Shown here piece by piece: positions 1 through 12,106 of a stretch of DNA of 62,667 nucleotides; positions within the stretch are counted from its first letter, which is position 1, and each line of letters begins with the position of its first letter. The notes under the pieces are model-generated. The model had not been told where the DNA came from, did not search any database, and saw only the letters and a list, made by a program, of their open reading frames with translations. Both the position numbers and the translations under genes were made by a program. The stretch lies in NCBI RefSeq assembly GCF_001194135.2, contig NC_068984.1, positions 31,058,724 to 31,121,390 of the forward strand, written 5' to 3'. The DNA comes from Octopus bimaculoides. Lineage: Eukaryota.

Positions 1-49
<49 letters not shown>

Positions 50-1249
50 TTCAAATACATTTATATTAGCTTCAGAAAATTTATTCCTGAACACAACTTT
101 CTATGATCAGATATCAAATGGGTCAACAGTTACAAGTTCTCACAACGTATAGCATCCGAAATTTTCTTCTAGTCCTCTTCCAATATTCACAAATAAATGG
201 GAACCACAATATTGATAATTTCTGACTTGATTACTGGTAACAATATTGTTTCCCTGATTATGTAAATATATCAACTGTTGAACATTTGCATTGACTATAT
301 TGGACAAATTATTGCTAAGACTGCTGACATATGTTAATGTATTCTTGGAACACTCTTGCAGGAAAGTGTTTCTAAGCCTTCATATTACTTTCTTTCTTCT
401 ATCCTAAACACACTTTATTATTGCTTTGTTTTCCAAGGATATATATGTGTGTGTGTTTGTGTCTTGTGTACATATACATATATACATATATACATATGCA
501 TACATACATGCATTCATAGGCCAACTAATGAACTAGCAACACTCATGCCTAGTGTATGAGTGTTTGACTTTGTATGTATATATGTGTGTTTGTGTGTGTG
601 TTTGTGTGTGTGTGTGCATGTGTATGTGTGTGTATAAATTTAATTAGAGGATATGTTAACTTCATGAAGGGATGGTTGCATCCAAGGAAATACTGGTTCA
701 ATACCTAGTATTTTTGGTGAATGAAATTCCTTTAAAACAATAGGATTATGTTAAGCATATAGTTTATATCCAATGAAAAGAAAAAAAGACAATGGAAATA
801 AAGAAGTCAATAATATGTTTATATATGTATATATATATATATATATGTATATNNNNNNNNNNNNNNNNNNNNNNNNNNNNNNNNNNNNNNNNNNNNNNNN
901 NNNNNNNNNNNNNNNNNNNNNNNNNNNNNNNNNNNNNNNNNNNNNNNNNNNNNNNNNNNNNNNNNNNNNNNNNNNNNNNNNNNNNNNNNNNNNNNNNNNN
1001 NNNNNNNNNNNNNNNNNNNNNNNNNNNNNNNNNNNNNNNNNNNNNNNNNNNNNNNNNNNNNNNNNNNNNNNNNNNNNNNNNNNNNNNNNNNNNNNNNNNN
1101 NNNNNNNNNNNNNNNNNNNNNNNNNNNNNNNNNNNNNNNNNNNNNNNNNNNNNNNNNNNNNNNNNNNNNNNNNNNNNNNNNNNNNNNNNNNNNNNNNNNN
1201 NNNNNNNNNNNNNNNNNNNNNNNNNNNNNNNNNNNNNNNNNNNNNNNNN

Positions 1250-1281
<32 letters not shown>

Positions 1282-1862
1282 ATACATATGTATATATATA
1301 AATATAATATATATATATATAATACATTCACACATATTATATACATACACATATACACATAAAGGTATATTGCTACCCTGTGGAACTAATTGGTGTGTAC
1401 ACATACACACATTCACATTGATACATACACACATACAAATATTTTTATATTAGCTTTGGAAAAGTATTCCCTCAACACAATATTCTAATATCACCTCTCC
1501 TGGGTGGGAATCTGTGAGACACTCTAAAACAATGAAACTTTTACTATCTACAGTAAGATTACTATTCTTCCAATGCACCGGGTTTAATTTTCAAGGTTGG
1601 CACATAGTACTTACACTTCTCTCTCTTTAATGTTGTATCTTCTCTCATGCTTTTACCAATCTTTTGCCCTTCATCTCCTAGTATAAAGTTGGTCGCTTTG
1701 TATTTTGTAGTCATGCAAATTGCATGATGGCCTCACTAGTGGTGGTAGCATGCAAAAAGCACCCAATGCATGCCCTAAAGTGGCTGGTGTTAGGAAGGGT
1801 TCCGTCAATAAAGACTTTGTCAAAGCAGACACTAGCATATGATGTAGTCATATATATATATA

Positions 1863-2035
1863 GGGAGAGTTCACAAGACAACAAAATACGAAGACAGGCA
1901 GTGTAGACAACAAACAGATGTATTAGTTTGATGCTCGGGAAGTGAATAAGTCTTTAATGTTTTGAGCCTACGCTCTTCCACAGAAAGAAACAAGGAAGGA
2001 AAATGAAGAATGTGTAGTGGCTAGCGATCTACCAA

Positions 2036-2037
<2 letters not shown>
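1863..2037 (-). mobile_element. Terminal (pLTR-like) fragment of a Penelope-like element, same family as 26660-27948, with a decayed hammerhead motif at 1950-1987
   Basis: The reverse complement CTTTCTGTGGAAGAGCGTAGGCTCAAAACATTAAAGAC aligns to the 27816-27852 motif. The flanking sequence matches 27850-27948 and both end at a (TA)n tract. Confidence 0.7.
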
Positions 2038-2071
<34 letters not shown>

Positions 2072-2157
2072 ATTTTCGCAGAGGATGTAGCAACCGTTAC
2101 CAATATGAAAATGGTAGCAAAGGAATTGAAACAACTGACAACAACAACAACAACAAC

Positions 2158-2197
<40 letters not shown>

Positions 2198-3166
2198 NNN
2201 NNNNNNNNNNNNNNNNNNNNNNNNNNNNNNNNNNNNNNNNNNNNNNNNNNNNNNNNNNNNNNNNNNNNNNNNNNNNNNNNNNNNNNNNNNNNNNNNNNNN
2301 NNNNNNNNNNNNNNNNNNNNNNNNNNNNNNNNNNNNNNNNNNNNNNNNNNNNNNNNNNNNNNNNNNNNNNNNNNNNNNNNNNNNNNNNNNNNNNNNNNNN
2401 NNNNNNNNNNNNNNNNNNNNNNNNNNNNNNNNNNNNNNNNNNNNNNNNNNNNNNNNNNNNNNNNNNNNNNNNNNNNNNNNNNNNNNNNNNNNNNNNNNNN
2501 NNNNNNNNNNNNNNNNNNNNNNNNNNNNNNNNNNNNNNNNNNNNNNNNNNNNNNNNNNNNNNNNNNNNNNNNNNNNNNNNNNNNNNNNNNNNNNNNNNNN
2601 NNNNNNNNNNNNNNNNNNNNNNNNNNNNNNNNNNNNNNNNNNNNNNNNNNNNNNNNNNNNNNNNNNNNNNNNNNNNNNNNNNNNNNNNNNNNNNNNNNNN
2701 NNNNNNNNNNNNNNNNNNNNNNNNNNNNNNNNNNNNNNNNNNNNNNNNNNNNNNNNNNNNNNNNNNNNNNNNNNNNNNNNNNNNNNNNNNNNNNNNNNNN
2801 NNNNNNNNNNNNNNNNNNNNNNNNNNNNNNNNNNNNNNNNNNNNNNNNNNNNNNNNNNNNNNNNNNNNNNNNNNNNNNNNNNNNNNNNNNNNNNNNNNNN
2901 NNNNNNNNNNNNNNNNNNNNNNNNNNNNNNTATATGGATAGGTATACTGGTAAAGTGTATGTATGCATATGTATACGGGTAATATAGTATAGTAAAGAGA
3001 AATAAACAAAATAATTAATTAATCTAGTGGAAATCCACAGGAGAGCAATAAAAATAGAAAATTAAGGAGTTATCTCCCCTATAATAACAAAGACGAAAGC
3101 TAACGATATCCTAAAGACCTAATAATAGTTATGTATGTGTTTTTTCGTGTTTTGTTCGAAAGGTAA

Positions 3167-3250
3167 CCACTCCTGAAGAAGTGCCAAACGTCTAAATCCA
3201 ATGGACCAGTCACTGGATAAGTTTGGCACAGAAATGTTAACTAAGAGTGG
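3167..3250 (+). ncRNA. Hammerhead-ribozyme-like motif with a long branched stem II
   Basis: CCACTC-CTGAAGA-A-GTGCCAAAC...GTTTGGCAC-A-GAAA-TGTTAACTAA-GAGTGG: perfect 6-bp stem I, CUGANGA core, perfect 9-bp stem II with an inner ATCCA/TGGAT hairpin, and GAAA. The stem III/cleavage-site register is imperfect. Confidence 0.55.
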
Positions 3251-3753
3251 TGAATAAATCGATATATCGAATTTGAAGTCTCTGTCTCTTTTGAATATGA
3301 AAATTTAAAAGTTTAAAAACCTTATGATACATATATATATCCTTGGTAAAAAATGCTATCATGCAATTTATGTGTGCATGTATGTGTGAATGAGTGAATG
3401 CAAAATTATTTTATATATAGTCATGGAATCACAGAATTAGTACAACACTGGGCAAAACATCTTGTGGTATTTTACATTTTCAGTTTTAATCCCATTGTGG
3501 TGAACTTTTCTTTATATTGTCCAGCATCATTAATATAATTACCAATTGAGTAATGTTGTCAATTTAAACATCTGGCCTCAGGTCTATATAAGAAATTAAT
3601 ACTGAGTTGTTTTGTAAAGGCACAAGGCCAATGTTTGCCTTAATAGTGGCCAAGTAAATTGAATTGATGATAGAATTTTTTATCTTATTTTGATTAGAAT
3701 AACTCAAAAGGATGATAGATACTGAATGTGAATAATTTCCATGCAACATTTAA

Positions 3754-3975
3754 CCCTTTCAATATTAATCTGGCTGAAGCCACCTCTGGCTCTGTAGTAC
3801 AAATATCTTGTTTCCATAAGGTTTAACTTAAAATCTTCCACCAAACCTTAGTCACAATTTTTATTCCTAACACTAGCTTAATGATAACGAAGTTATTTTA
3901 CTAAATTCTTTGTTATATTTAAAATTAATTGACAAAAACTCAGAGCTTCTCAAAATAAATACAGTAACAAAAGGG
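3754..3975. mobile_element. piggyBac-type MITE
   Basis: TTAA at 3750-3753 and 3976-3979 flanks termini CCCTTT...AAAGGG. 222 bp, non-coding. Confidence 0.75.
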
Positions 3976-4554
3976 TTAATCTAACATTCTGCTTGTCACT
4001 ATTTCATAACTATTATTATTAATACCAATTTCCCCAAGAAATCGATATCGGTCTCAAAAATATATGAGGGCATTGCATTGGTCAAATGAATAAGATGTCA
4101 GTTACCTGGTTAAACTCTCCTAATCTTGTATTCTGCCAGTAGCATTCCAAACTACTTACTTAGCAGTCCAACTGATAAGGAAAAGAAAGTTTGAAGCAGT
4201 AAATTAATTGGTAGTTGATATGTGGTGTTGGTGTTTGTAGCTTGAGATTTGGATCTGTCTAGATATGAATAATGTTATTAATATTTGTGATAAGCACTAC
4301 AGTATAAGAAGTAACCTTCAGGTGATATAGCTTTGATTTTTAACTAAATCTGTTGGACTTAGTCAAAAGTATGAATGTCCTATTTTTCAATACCAAAACC
4401 CAGTTTCAAGACTTAACAATATTGCAGCATGATAGCAGAAATGTTAGAACACAAATTTCACAGGAATCAACCTTGCTTTCTTCTCCCATAGAGTCACTAG
4501 GTTGATGATTTTCTTGTCTACATTCTGTCTGGTATAAACTTCGTATTGATAAAC

Positions 4555-4770
4555 TTTTACTCTTTTACACTTTTACTTGTTTCAGTCATTTGACTGTGGA
4601 CATGCAGGAGCACTGCCTTTAGTCAAGCAAATCGACCCCAGGACTTCTTTGTAAGCCTAGTACTTATTCTATCAGTCTCTTTTGCCGAACCGCTAAGTTA
4701 CGGGGATGTAAACACAATAGCATCGGTTGTCAAGCGATGTTGGTGGGGACAAACACAGACACACAAACTT

Positions 4771-4801
<31 letters not shown>

Positions 4802-4974
4802 CATACATATATGCGACGGGCTTCTTTCAGTTTCCGTCTACCGAATCCACTCACAAGGCTTTGGGCAGCCCGAGGCTATAGTAGAAGACACTTGCGCAAG
4901 ATGCCCACAGTGGGATTAAGCCAGGAACCATGTGGTTGGTAAGCAAACTACTTACCACAGCCACTCCTGCACCT
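4555..4974 (-). mobile_element. Near full-length tRNA-derived SINE (octopus OR-type, CORE-like domain) with internal (CA)n(TA)n
   Basis: The minus strand has a tRNA-like head (GGAGTGGCTGTGGTAAG...GGTTCCTGGCTTAATCCC), a CORE-like GCATCTTGCGCAAGTGTCTT segment and an AAAAGAGTAAAAG tail. Related copies lie at 13400, 29555, 33066, 38310, 45385 and 62160. Confidence 0.85.
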
Positions 4975-5685
4975 GATATATATATGAAAAAAAAACAACA
5001 AATCAATATGTTTTTAAGTATTGTACAATCACAATGGTAGAGCTGAGTTCTAATTAAGCTTTGTTCACAGTTTCAATTTCTATTTCTGATAAAAGTTATT
5101 CGATTTTGCCTATGTTGATGAAACTTTCAGGAAAGTTACAAACATAGTACAGCATTCAGTCTATTGGAGTAATATCTTTATAAGCAATCAACATTCATTT
5201 TCTGACAAACATATAAAAGGATGCATCACTGTTTATATATTCTTAATTGAGAATGATTTTTATATTCATGTGTTGAGTATACATATTATGTTGGGGACAA
5301 TATTACTTATTACCCTATAATGGATCATTGCATTAAAACTGACAACTTTGTTATCAGATTTTTATTCAAAGCAAGTTCAATATTTTTTCTCTAATACAGC
5401 CAGAAATATTTGGCTTGAAGGGCTAGAATCAACTGGAAATTGATCATGCATCACAAACATGACTTATTTATTTCTATGTATTTTATGTCATGCATTTTTG
5501 CCAATGATAGCATTGGCTGTGTGTTTTCAATGGCTGATTCTTGTTTTACTGAATTTATGATGACGGGCATGATAAAGAGGCATCTGTGTCACTAAGGTGG
5601 AAGAAATACTACAATGTATCTTTGTTTAAATGCACCAGCACATAGGGCTTTTTGCTGGTCTGCACAACTTTTGCTGATATACATT

Positions 5686-6018
5686 GAGATCGTTGCCATT
5701 CAAGCAAGATCGTTGCCAATCGAGCAAGATCGTTGCCAGTGCCACTGGACTGTCTCCTGTGCAGGTGGCACGTAAACTACACCATTCCGAGTGTGACCGC
5801 TGCCAGTACCGCCTGACTGGCCTTCATGCCGGTGGCACGTAAAAGCATCCACTACACTCTCGGAGCGGTTGGCGTTAGGAAGGGCATCCAGCTGTAGAAA
5901 CTCTGCCAAATTAGATTGGAGCCTGGTGCAGCCATCCAGTTTGCCAGTCCTCAGTCAAATCGTCCAACCCATGCTAGCATGGAAAGCAGACGTTAAACGA
6001 TGATGATGATGATGACGA
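5686..6018 (+). mobile_element. Octopus short interspersed repeat with an RTE-like 3' end and (GAT)n tail; the 5' part has three ~20-bp tandem units
   Basis: GGCGTTAGGAAGGGCATCCAGCTGTAGAAACTCTGCC...CAACCCATGCTAGCATGGAAAGCAGACGTTAAACGATGATGAT. Highly similar copies at 25065, 29222 and 45500. Confidence 0.85.
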
Positions 6019-6423
6019 TATCATGCATGCTTTCACACAATTTCTATCATCCACATGTCACAAAGCACTGGTATACAATGTTATGGTAAAATGCATTTCC
6101 TTAAATATTACATAGCAGGATTGAACCTGGAATCTCATGATTACAAAGTGTATAACTGCTTACTGCTAGTTATACTTTACTCTGTAACACCGGTTCAAAT
6201 AATTGTCTTAAACCTTCAAGTTTTATTAGTTACATTCAGATAAATCTAATTAATAAAACTTGACTTGGAAAAAAAAAAAAGAAATCCATAATTCTGTTTC
6301 AGACTGTATTTCTTACTTCAAAGAATGATGAAATATTGATGTCACTTAAGATCTTGTGAGAATAATAAAATGGAGATTCTACAAAGTCACATCTTGAGAT
6401 AAGGTCAGATGACTAGTTTATGA

Positions 6424-6996
6424 CAGCATTTTTCAAAGTGGGTAATATTGCCCCCTTGGCAGGGAAGGGGAAGATTTTATAAGTATACTATGGACCAAGG
6501 GAGCAGCAGAGAGGGGAAAAGATGCATTCGTGCATATTGCTTTTTTTAGTTTTTAATGCCTATTTATGTTTACTTTAAAAAAAATTTACATTTATCTTAA
6601 AAGAAATTTAAACATAATTATTATGATTAAATTAACCTCTGTTACAACAATGGTAATGACAATAACAATGACACAATCAACAATAATAACTGACTTCAAA
6701 ATGTGAATTAATTAATAAAGCCAAAAATATACTTCCTATGCATGTAAATTATAAACAAAAGCCAAAAGTTTAAATTAAACATCATTACTAAACTTTTGAT
6801 GTATTTCTAAGTAAGCAGTAAAGAGAGTTAGTGTATCTGTGTCCTTAAGAAACACCCTGACTCGTATACGTGCATATATGCATTTGTACATGTGGCACAT
6901 TTAATTTTACTGAATTATAATGTGGTGTGGAGGGCATTGGCAAGGTGTTAAAACAAAAGAATAGGAACAATAGTTTAGAAAATTTGAGAAACACTG
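6424..6996. mobile_element. Decayed hAT-like non-autonomous DNA transposon
   Basis: The termini CAGCATTTTTCAAA and TTTGAGAAACACTG form an 11/14 inverted repeat of the CAGTG type. The target-site duplication is no longer recognisable. Confidence 0.45.
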
Positions 6997-7249
6997 ATTA
7001 TCTCATGGTATATAAGATATTTATGGTAATAAAATGATCTCACCCCTGATCAAAACAATGCTAGGCAAGGCCAATCCTTAATTTTCTGTCTATGGAAATA
7101 TAAAAGATAAAAATGATATTTGCTTACATTTATCTGAATACATTCATTACACATTATAATAATAACTAAAATATTGTAGTGCTTAAGTACACACAGACAC
7201 ACACACACACACACATGCACTATCACTCTCCATTGATAGAAATACTTAG

Positions 7250-8130
7250 GGTCAAGGTCTGGATAGAGAAGGAATTATTTGCACAAATTTTGGAAAAAAT
7301 TTAAGGAGGTTCTGAGACTGTAAGAAACTTTAAAGGGAGTTGAACAGCAGATGGCATTAAGAGAAGAAACCCTTCCACTTATGCAAGTATTTCAGCTTTT
7401 GATTCCTTAGTCTATAAAGGAGATGGATTGCATCCAGGCCATGCATTTTGGATGCTCTTTTGCTTCCACATTTTGTAAAACTGTTATATTCTATCTTGCA
7501 GTTTTATGGATGGTCAAGTGCTCAAAAGCTAAGTCACTTTGAATGTTGTGACCACTTCAGTAGGGGACACCAGTTGTACATAAAGTAAATTATGCTTTCT
7601 CAAGTTCTATTTCATTCTCCTTGACCAGATCCCATTGGTACTGTTTTCAGCTGATTTTTCCATTGTTTCTAGTGTTCTCATTCTCTTTTACCAGAAATTG
7701 AGAGCTGTTACCTGAGATCATAGGAAGATTTACTCCCAAACCCACCTTGCTTTAGCTTGGAAACCACATTCTCACAAGTTGTTGGCCCAATTGACATATT
7801 TCTTACGTTAATTGCTGGAGGTTTCATTTATTCTGCTTTCACATGGCAAAGTGAGTTCAACCAGAAGCCCTTGTTTGGATGAAACTAAGTAGAGTACAAT
7901 ATGTCAGCTCATACCACTTTTGTTGAAGAATTGTGGAAGATTTTACCATTCTGGAAAGCCTGCTTAGTACTCTTAGTCATCATTCTACCCAAATAATCCA
8001 GCTTCCATCATCTGATTGGCACAGCTTTTCAAAGCCATAATTTTTTCCTCTCACTGTGCAAGAATATTGACAGGACTTTTGTAGGCATAGTTCTGATATT
8101 TTAGAGGCTGAAAATATTTATAAATTATAT
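7250..8130 (-). mobile_element. Heavily decayed non-LTR retrotransposon remnant (possibly L1/Tx1-like 3' region)
   Basis: Non-repetitive, more GC-rich block with short broken minus-strand frames that resemble a C-terminal zinc-knuckle region. Many stops; the family assignment is tentative. Confidence 0.3.
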
Positions 8131-9214
8131 ACCCTTTCATTAAGTTGTAGACAGAAAAAATATGCAGAGTAAAGGATTTCCAAAAGTTATAAGAGAAAAT
8201 ATTTCATTCACAGGTTTCTGTAGCTGAAATGGAATGGAGGTAACTAAGGAATGTTTGTAATCATATAGTTGGGGAATGTTAATCTAATTCTTTCAAGTAC
8301 ACAAAGTGGTAATGACCATAAACAGTCAAGGAAATATAATAATAAATGTATATAAACTTAGTATGAAGTCATCTATTTCTGTATGACATAGTTTTCAGCA
8401 CATCTAATTGGTTTAAGTAAAGTTTATCTTTGTAAGAGTGTTGGCAATTCCAAAACAGAAACTAAGATTATATTATAGAAATTAATCTCATTCTTTGCTT
8501 TAAGTAAATATGATAATATATATATAAATTCAAACCTATATGCATCTCACACACATGTGAACACAAACACACTCACACACACGCATGCATGCACACAACA
8601 TACATGTACACATTTATACAAGGCAAATTGTAGTATGTGACTGATATGTAGGTGCACATATGTATGTGTATATATATGTGTGTGTGTGAGTGTGTTCAAT
8701 AAGAAAATATATATATGTACATACATGTTCTATAAAAGTAATAAATAATCATGAGTATGCATATCTACTATATATAAATACATATATGTGTGTGTGCGTG
8801 TTTGTGTACATATGTGTTTGTGCACATGTGTGTGTGTGTGTGCATGTATTTATATATATCCAAGATGTGTTCGATTTTCGAAGACACTTTCAAAAGCTCT
8901 AACTTTCTTCTAACTTACACTTTTTGTATTTTACTTTCCAAACAAATAATGTCAGACATCAGGTTGACTCAGCAAAGGAAAAGGCACACCGTAGTCATTG
9001 CCTTAAATGCACAGCATTGTGATATAGAGAAAGCTTGCTTCTTGAAAGTTGCTTGGTCTTTCATTGTTAAAGTTTGAAAGGAGTTGGAGGATGCTGATAG
9101 GGATTCAGCATCTGTAGCTGAATGCAGAATACATGCACAAGGTTCTAATACCACCAGAGAACATAACTTTGCACTGAAGTCCAAGAAATAATTAACAAAA
9201 TCCCCCCGAAAGAC

Positions 9215-9431
9215 ATTATTTACATTTGACAGATATTTGTCCTCATCTTGTTTGTTGTTAACACAACATTTCGGCTGATATACTCTCTAGCCTTCATCAG
9301 GTGTGTCGGGTAAATTTCGAAACTGGGTTCCCATTCCTAAGGTATTTTTCGATGTTATCATTATTACTATTATTGTTGTTGTTGTTGTTGTTTGTCTTCT
9401 TCTTCTTCTTCTTTTTCTTCTTCTTCTTCTT

Positions 9432-9462
<31 letters not shown>

Positions 9463-9552
9463 TTATTATTATTATTATTCAGGTCACTGCCTGGAATTGA
9501 ACTCGGAATCTTGGGGTTAGTAGCCTGTGCACTTAACCACTACGCCATATGC
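9215..9552 (-). mobile_element. tRNA-headed SINE-like element carrying a PLE-type hammerhead ribozyme (complete copy)
   Basis: Minus strand: A box TGGCGTAGTGG, B box GAGTTCAATTCC, compound (AAT)/(AAG)/(AAC) tract, linker, HHR, AT-rich tail. Homologous to 49796-49941 and 51895-52370. Confidence 0.8.
9260..9306 (-). ncRNA. Minimal type I hammerhead ribozyme motif (CpG-decayed stem III loop)
   Basis: ACAC-CTGATGA-A-GGCT(AGAGAGTATATC)AGCC-GAAA-TG-TT-GTGT. Stem I ACAC/GTGT and stem II GGCT/AGCC. Confidence 0.7.
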
Positions 9553-11078
9553 AATTAGAGTCATTACAATTAATGTCATTACAAAGACCCTCAAGATTTC
9601 AGAATGCACCATCAGAAGAGCTGTGCATAAGAACATCCAGTACAAGCTGTATATGATGTGGAGGGGTCAGTTTATGCTTGAGGAGTCAGTTTATACTGGA
9701 GAGGTCATTTTATACTGGATGTGACAAAAGAGAATCTTTCAATCCGTGCAAATTGCTTGCTAAACAAGTTAAAATGTCAAGTGGCTGGAATGTTTTCGTT
9801 TTTCTCTGATACTAAAAATTTCACTCAGCGCCAAAGGATAAACTGAAGAAACAACAGATGGTTATGCAGAGACCTGAATGAGGTTTTAACAGTTATGCAT
9901 ACTAAGATACTACCGACTGTGATGGTTCTGTTAGTCATAAATAACAAGTAAGATGTCATGCTTCTTCACTTTTTTTTTTCACAAGAATTAACAGCCAATG
10001 CCACTGTCTACACAGAGGTGCTGGAGAAAGTTGTGAGGCCTTGACTACAAAGTACACAACAGAAGACCATGTCTTACAACAAAACTCTGCACCATCTCAT
10101 AAAGCTAGGACAGCCCAAATATGATCGTGTTCTTCCGGGAACATGGCTTCCTAGCTCACCAGACCTCAATCCACTGCACTATTATTTATGGGATGCAGTC
10201 AAGAAAAGTCAGGCAACACTCCCATAACACCATGCTGTCTCTGAAGCCCACCATCACAAGCACTATGTCAAAAATTTATGAAGATCATCTAAATCGGGCA
10301 GGTCAACACTTTCAACCCTGTACTGCAGTAGCTATTGATGCTAACAGTGGATTAATTAAATATATGCTTGTGTATGAACAGCTATGATACATTGCAGTTA
10401 AATGTAGGCTATGAATGAAAAGATAAGCAAAGACTAGAAAAATATGAAACTAGCATGCACTCTTGATGTGCAATGTCAATAAGCATGTAAAACAAAGCAC
10501 AAATATTTTGAGGTAAAATCTGTTCAAATGTGGAATCAAATGCAATGCGCAAGAGAGAATACTATGCTAGTTTGGTCATGAGATGTACATAGATGCAAAT
10601 AGTTTCATAAGAAAGTAGTGATCACTAAACATGGATAGATATCTGTGGAAGTGGGTAGATCTGCAAAGACATGAGATGGAAGTAATGAAGAGCAATTTCA
10701 AGCTGTTGAGACTCATGGAAGAGACAACAAAGGAGTAAGATGATTGGTGATTTGCTGTACATGAGGAGACTCAACCAATTCAGAACAAATGAGGGCCTAA
10801 AAGCATATGGCTTCTGTCTCATCCATAGCATGTACTATGTACCAAGCTTTCCCTGAAGACATCTTCTTAACAGACATTCTCCCATCAGTCCTCATACTAT
10901 GGTCTTACTTACATAAATGCTGTAATTATATGAGAACAGAAGTGCACATTTCGTTACCCTTTGTGTTACCAGTTATCCTCTCCTTGGGACCACTTCCCTC
11001 ATTTTCAGTATTTACCCATGCCACTATTTTTCTCTGAATGCACTTTTCTCTTAAACACACACACACACACACACACAC

Positions 11079-11119
<41 letters not shown>

Positions 11120-12040
11120 TATGTATATGGGAGCAGGAGAGGGTATACACTTGAAATATGATTCTAAAACTGATTTCTTTTGAGTAATAAAAATTAATTT
11201 CTTTTACATCAGGATGAACTAATAATAGGATGGTTAAACCAAGAATATTACTGGTTTGTATTTTACAAACTCTAAAGGTAGGAACAATAAATACATATGC
11301 TACAAGATTTCAACTAAGAATAGAGAAGAATGAGAACAAATTTTGCAAATTATTTAATGCAGCACTCCAATCTTTTTTGCCCACAAAATATATTGTAAAT
11401 ACCTTAAATTTACCTAATGTGAATGAATACAGCTGTCTGGTGAAGTGGGAGACTAGGCCCTACTTCACAGTTTTTTTTATAATTAGTGTTAGTTTATTCA
11501 ACTCTCATATTCTTCCCTCATCGACTTCTACTCTTCTTCCTCACTAGCTTATTGTTATTATATTCTAGAAATTATTGTTATTTTCATATGTGGAATGTGT
11601 GCCATTGTTCTGCTTAGAAATCTGTATATTATTTTGTAGGTGAACAAATTTTCTGTCAATTTAGTTGTGATTCTTCGGGAATAGTTCTGTCGATAATGGT
11701 ACTGGAGTATCATATCAACTTCATCGCATTCTTCACTATATAAATATATAACACAATGTTTTCTCCTTCAGTAGTATTCAATAATTTTCCTTTTCCTTTT
11801 AGATATATATATATATATAATATATAATTAATATCAATATTAAAATTAAACATTCTGAAGTGTATTGTAAAACTTACCCTATCATCTGCAGACACATTCG
11901 TCATTTTGAATACTAATGTGTTAGTTCAGTCCTATATTGTTTTGATGTATCAAATGCTAGTAGTCTCTGATGTTTCTTTAATGGTACTAGATAATCTGTT
12001 CATCTCTCTCTCTTACTCTCTTTCTACAAGAAAATCTGTT

Positions 12041-12106
<66 letters not shown>

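Larger units (their letters stand above)
8950..10375 (+). mobile_element. Decayed IS630-Tc1-mariner transposase, interrupted by the HHR-SINE at 9215-9552
   Basis: Fragments in order: MSDIRLTQQRKRHTVVIAL...FLKVAWSFIVKV (HTH), KTLKISECTIRRAVHKNIQYKLYMMWRGQFM, and a QQ(N)SAPSH / W(L)PSSPDLNPL(H)YYLW catalytic region ending AVAIDANSGLIK. Confidence 0.85.

Noticed and set aside
140-379. 79-codon stop-free minus-strand frame (RLRNTFLQECSKNT...GCYTL*)
   Set aside because: No start codon, weak acceptor and no recognisable domain; compatible with chance.
9481-9552. tRNA-like sequences here and in the other SINE heads as real tRNA genes
   Set aside because: The acceptor stem does not pair, and each is fused to a repeat body.
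11600-11910. Minus-strand GTAAGT donor (11877) and possible acceptor (11736), plus a plus-strand acceptor at 11640
   Set aside because: The spliced products give no recognisable protein, and the signals on the two strands conflict.
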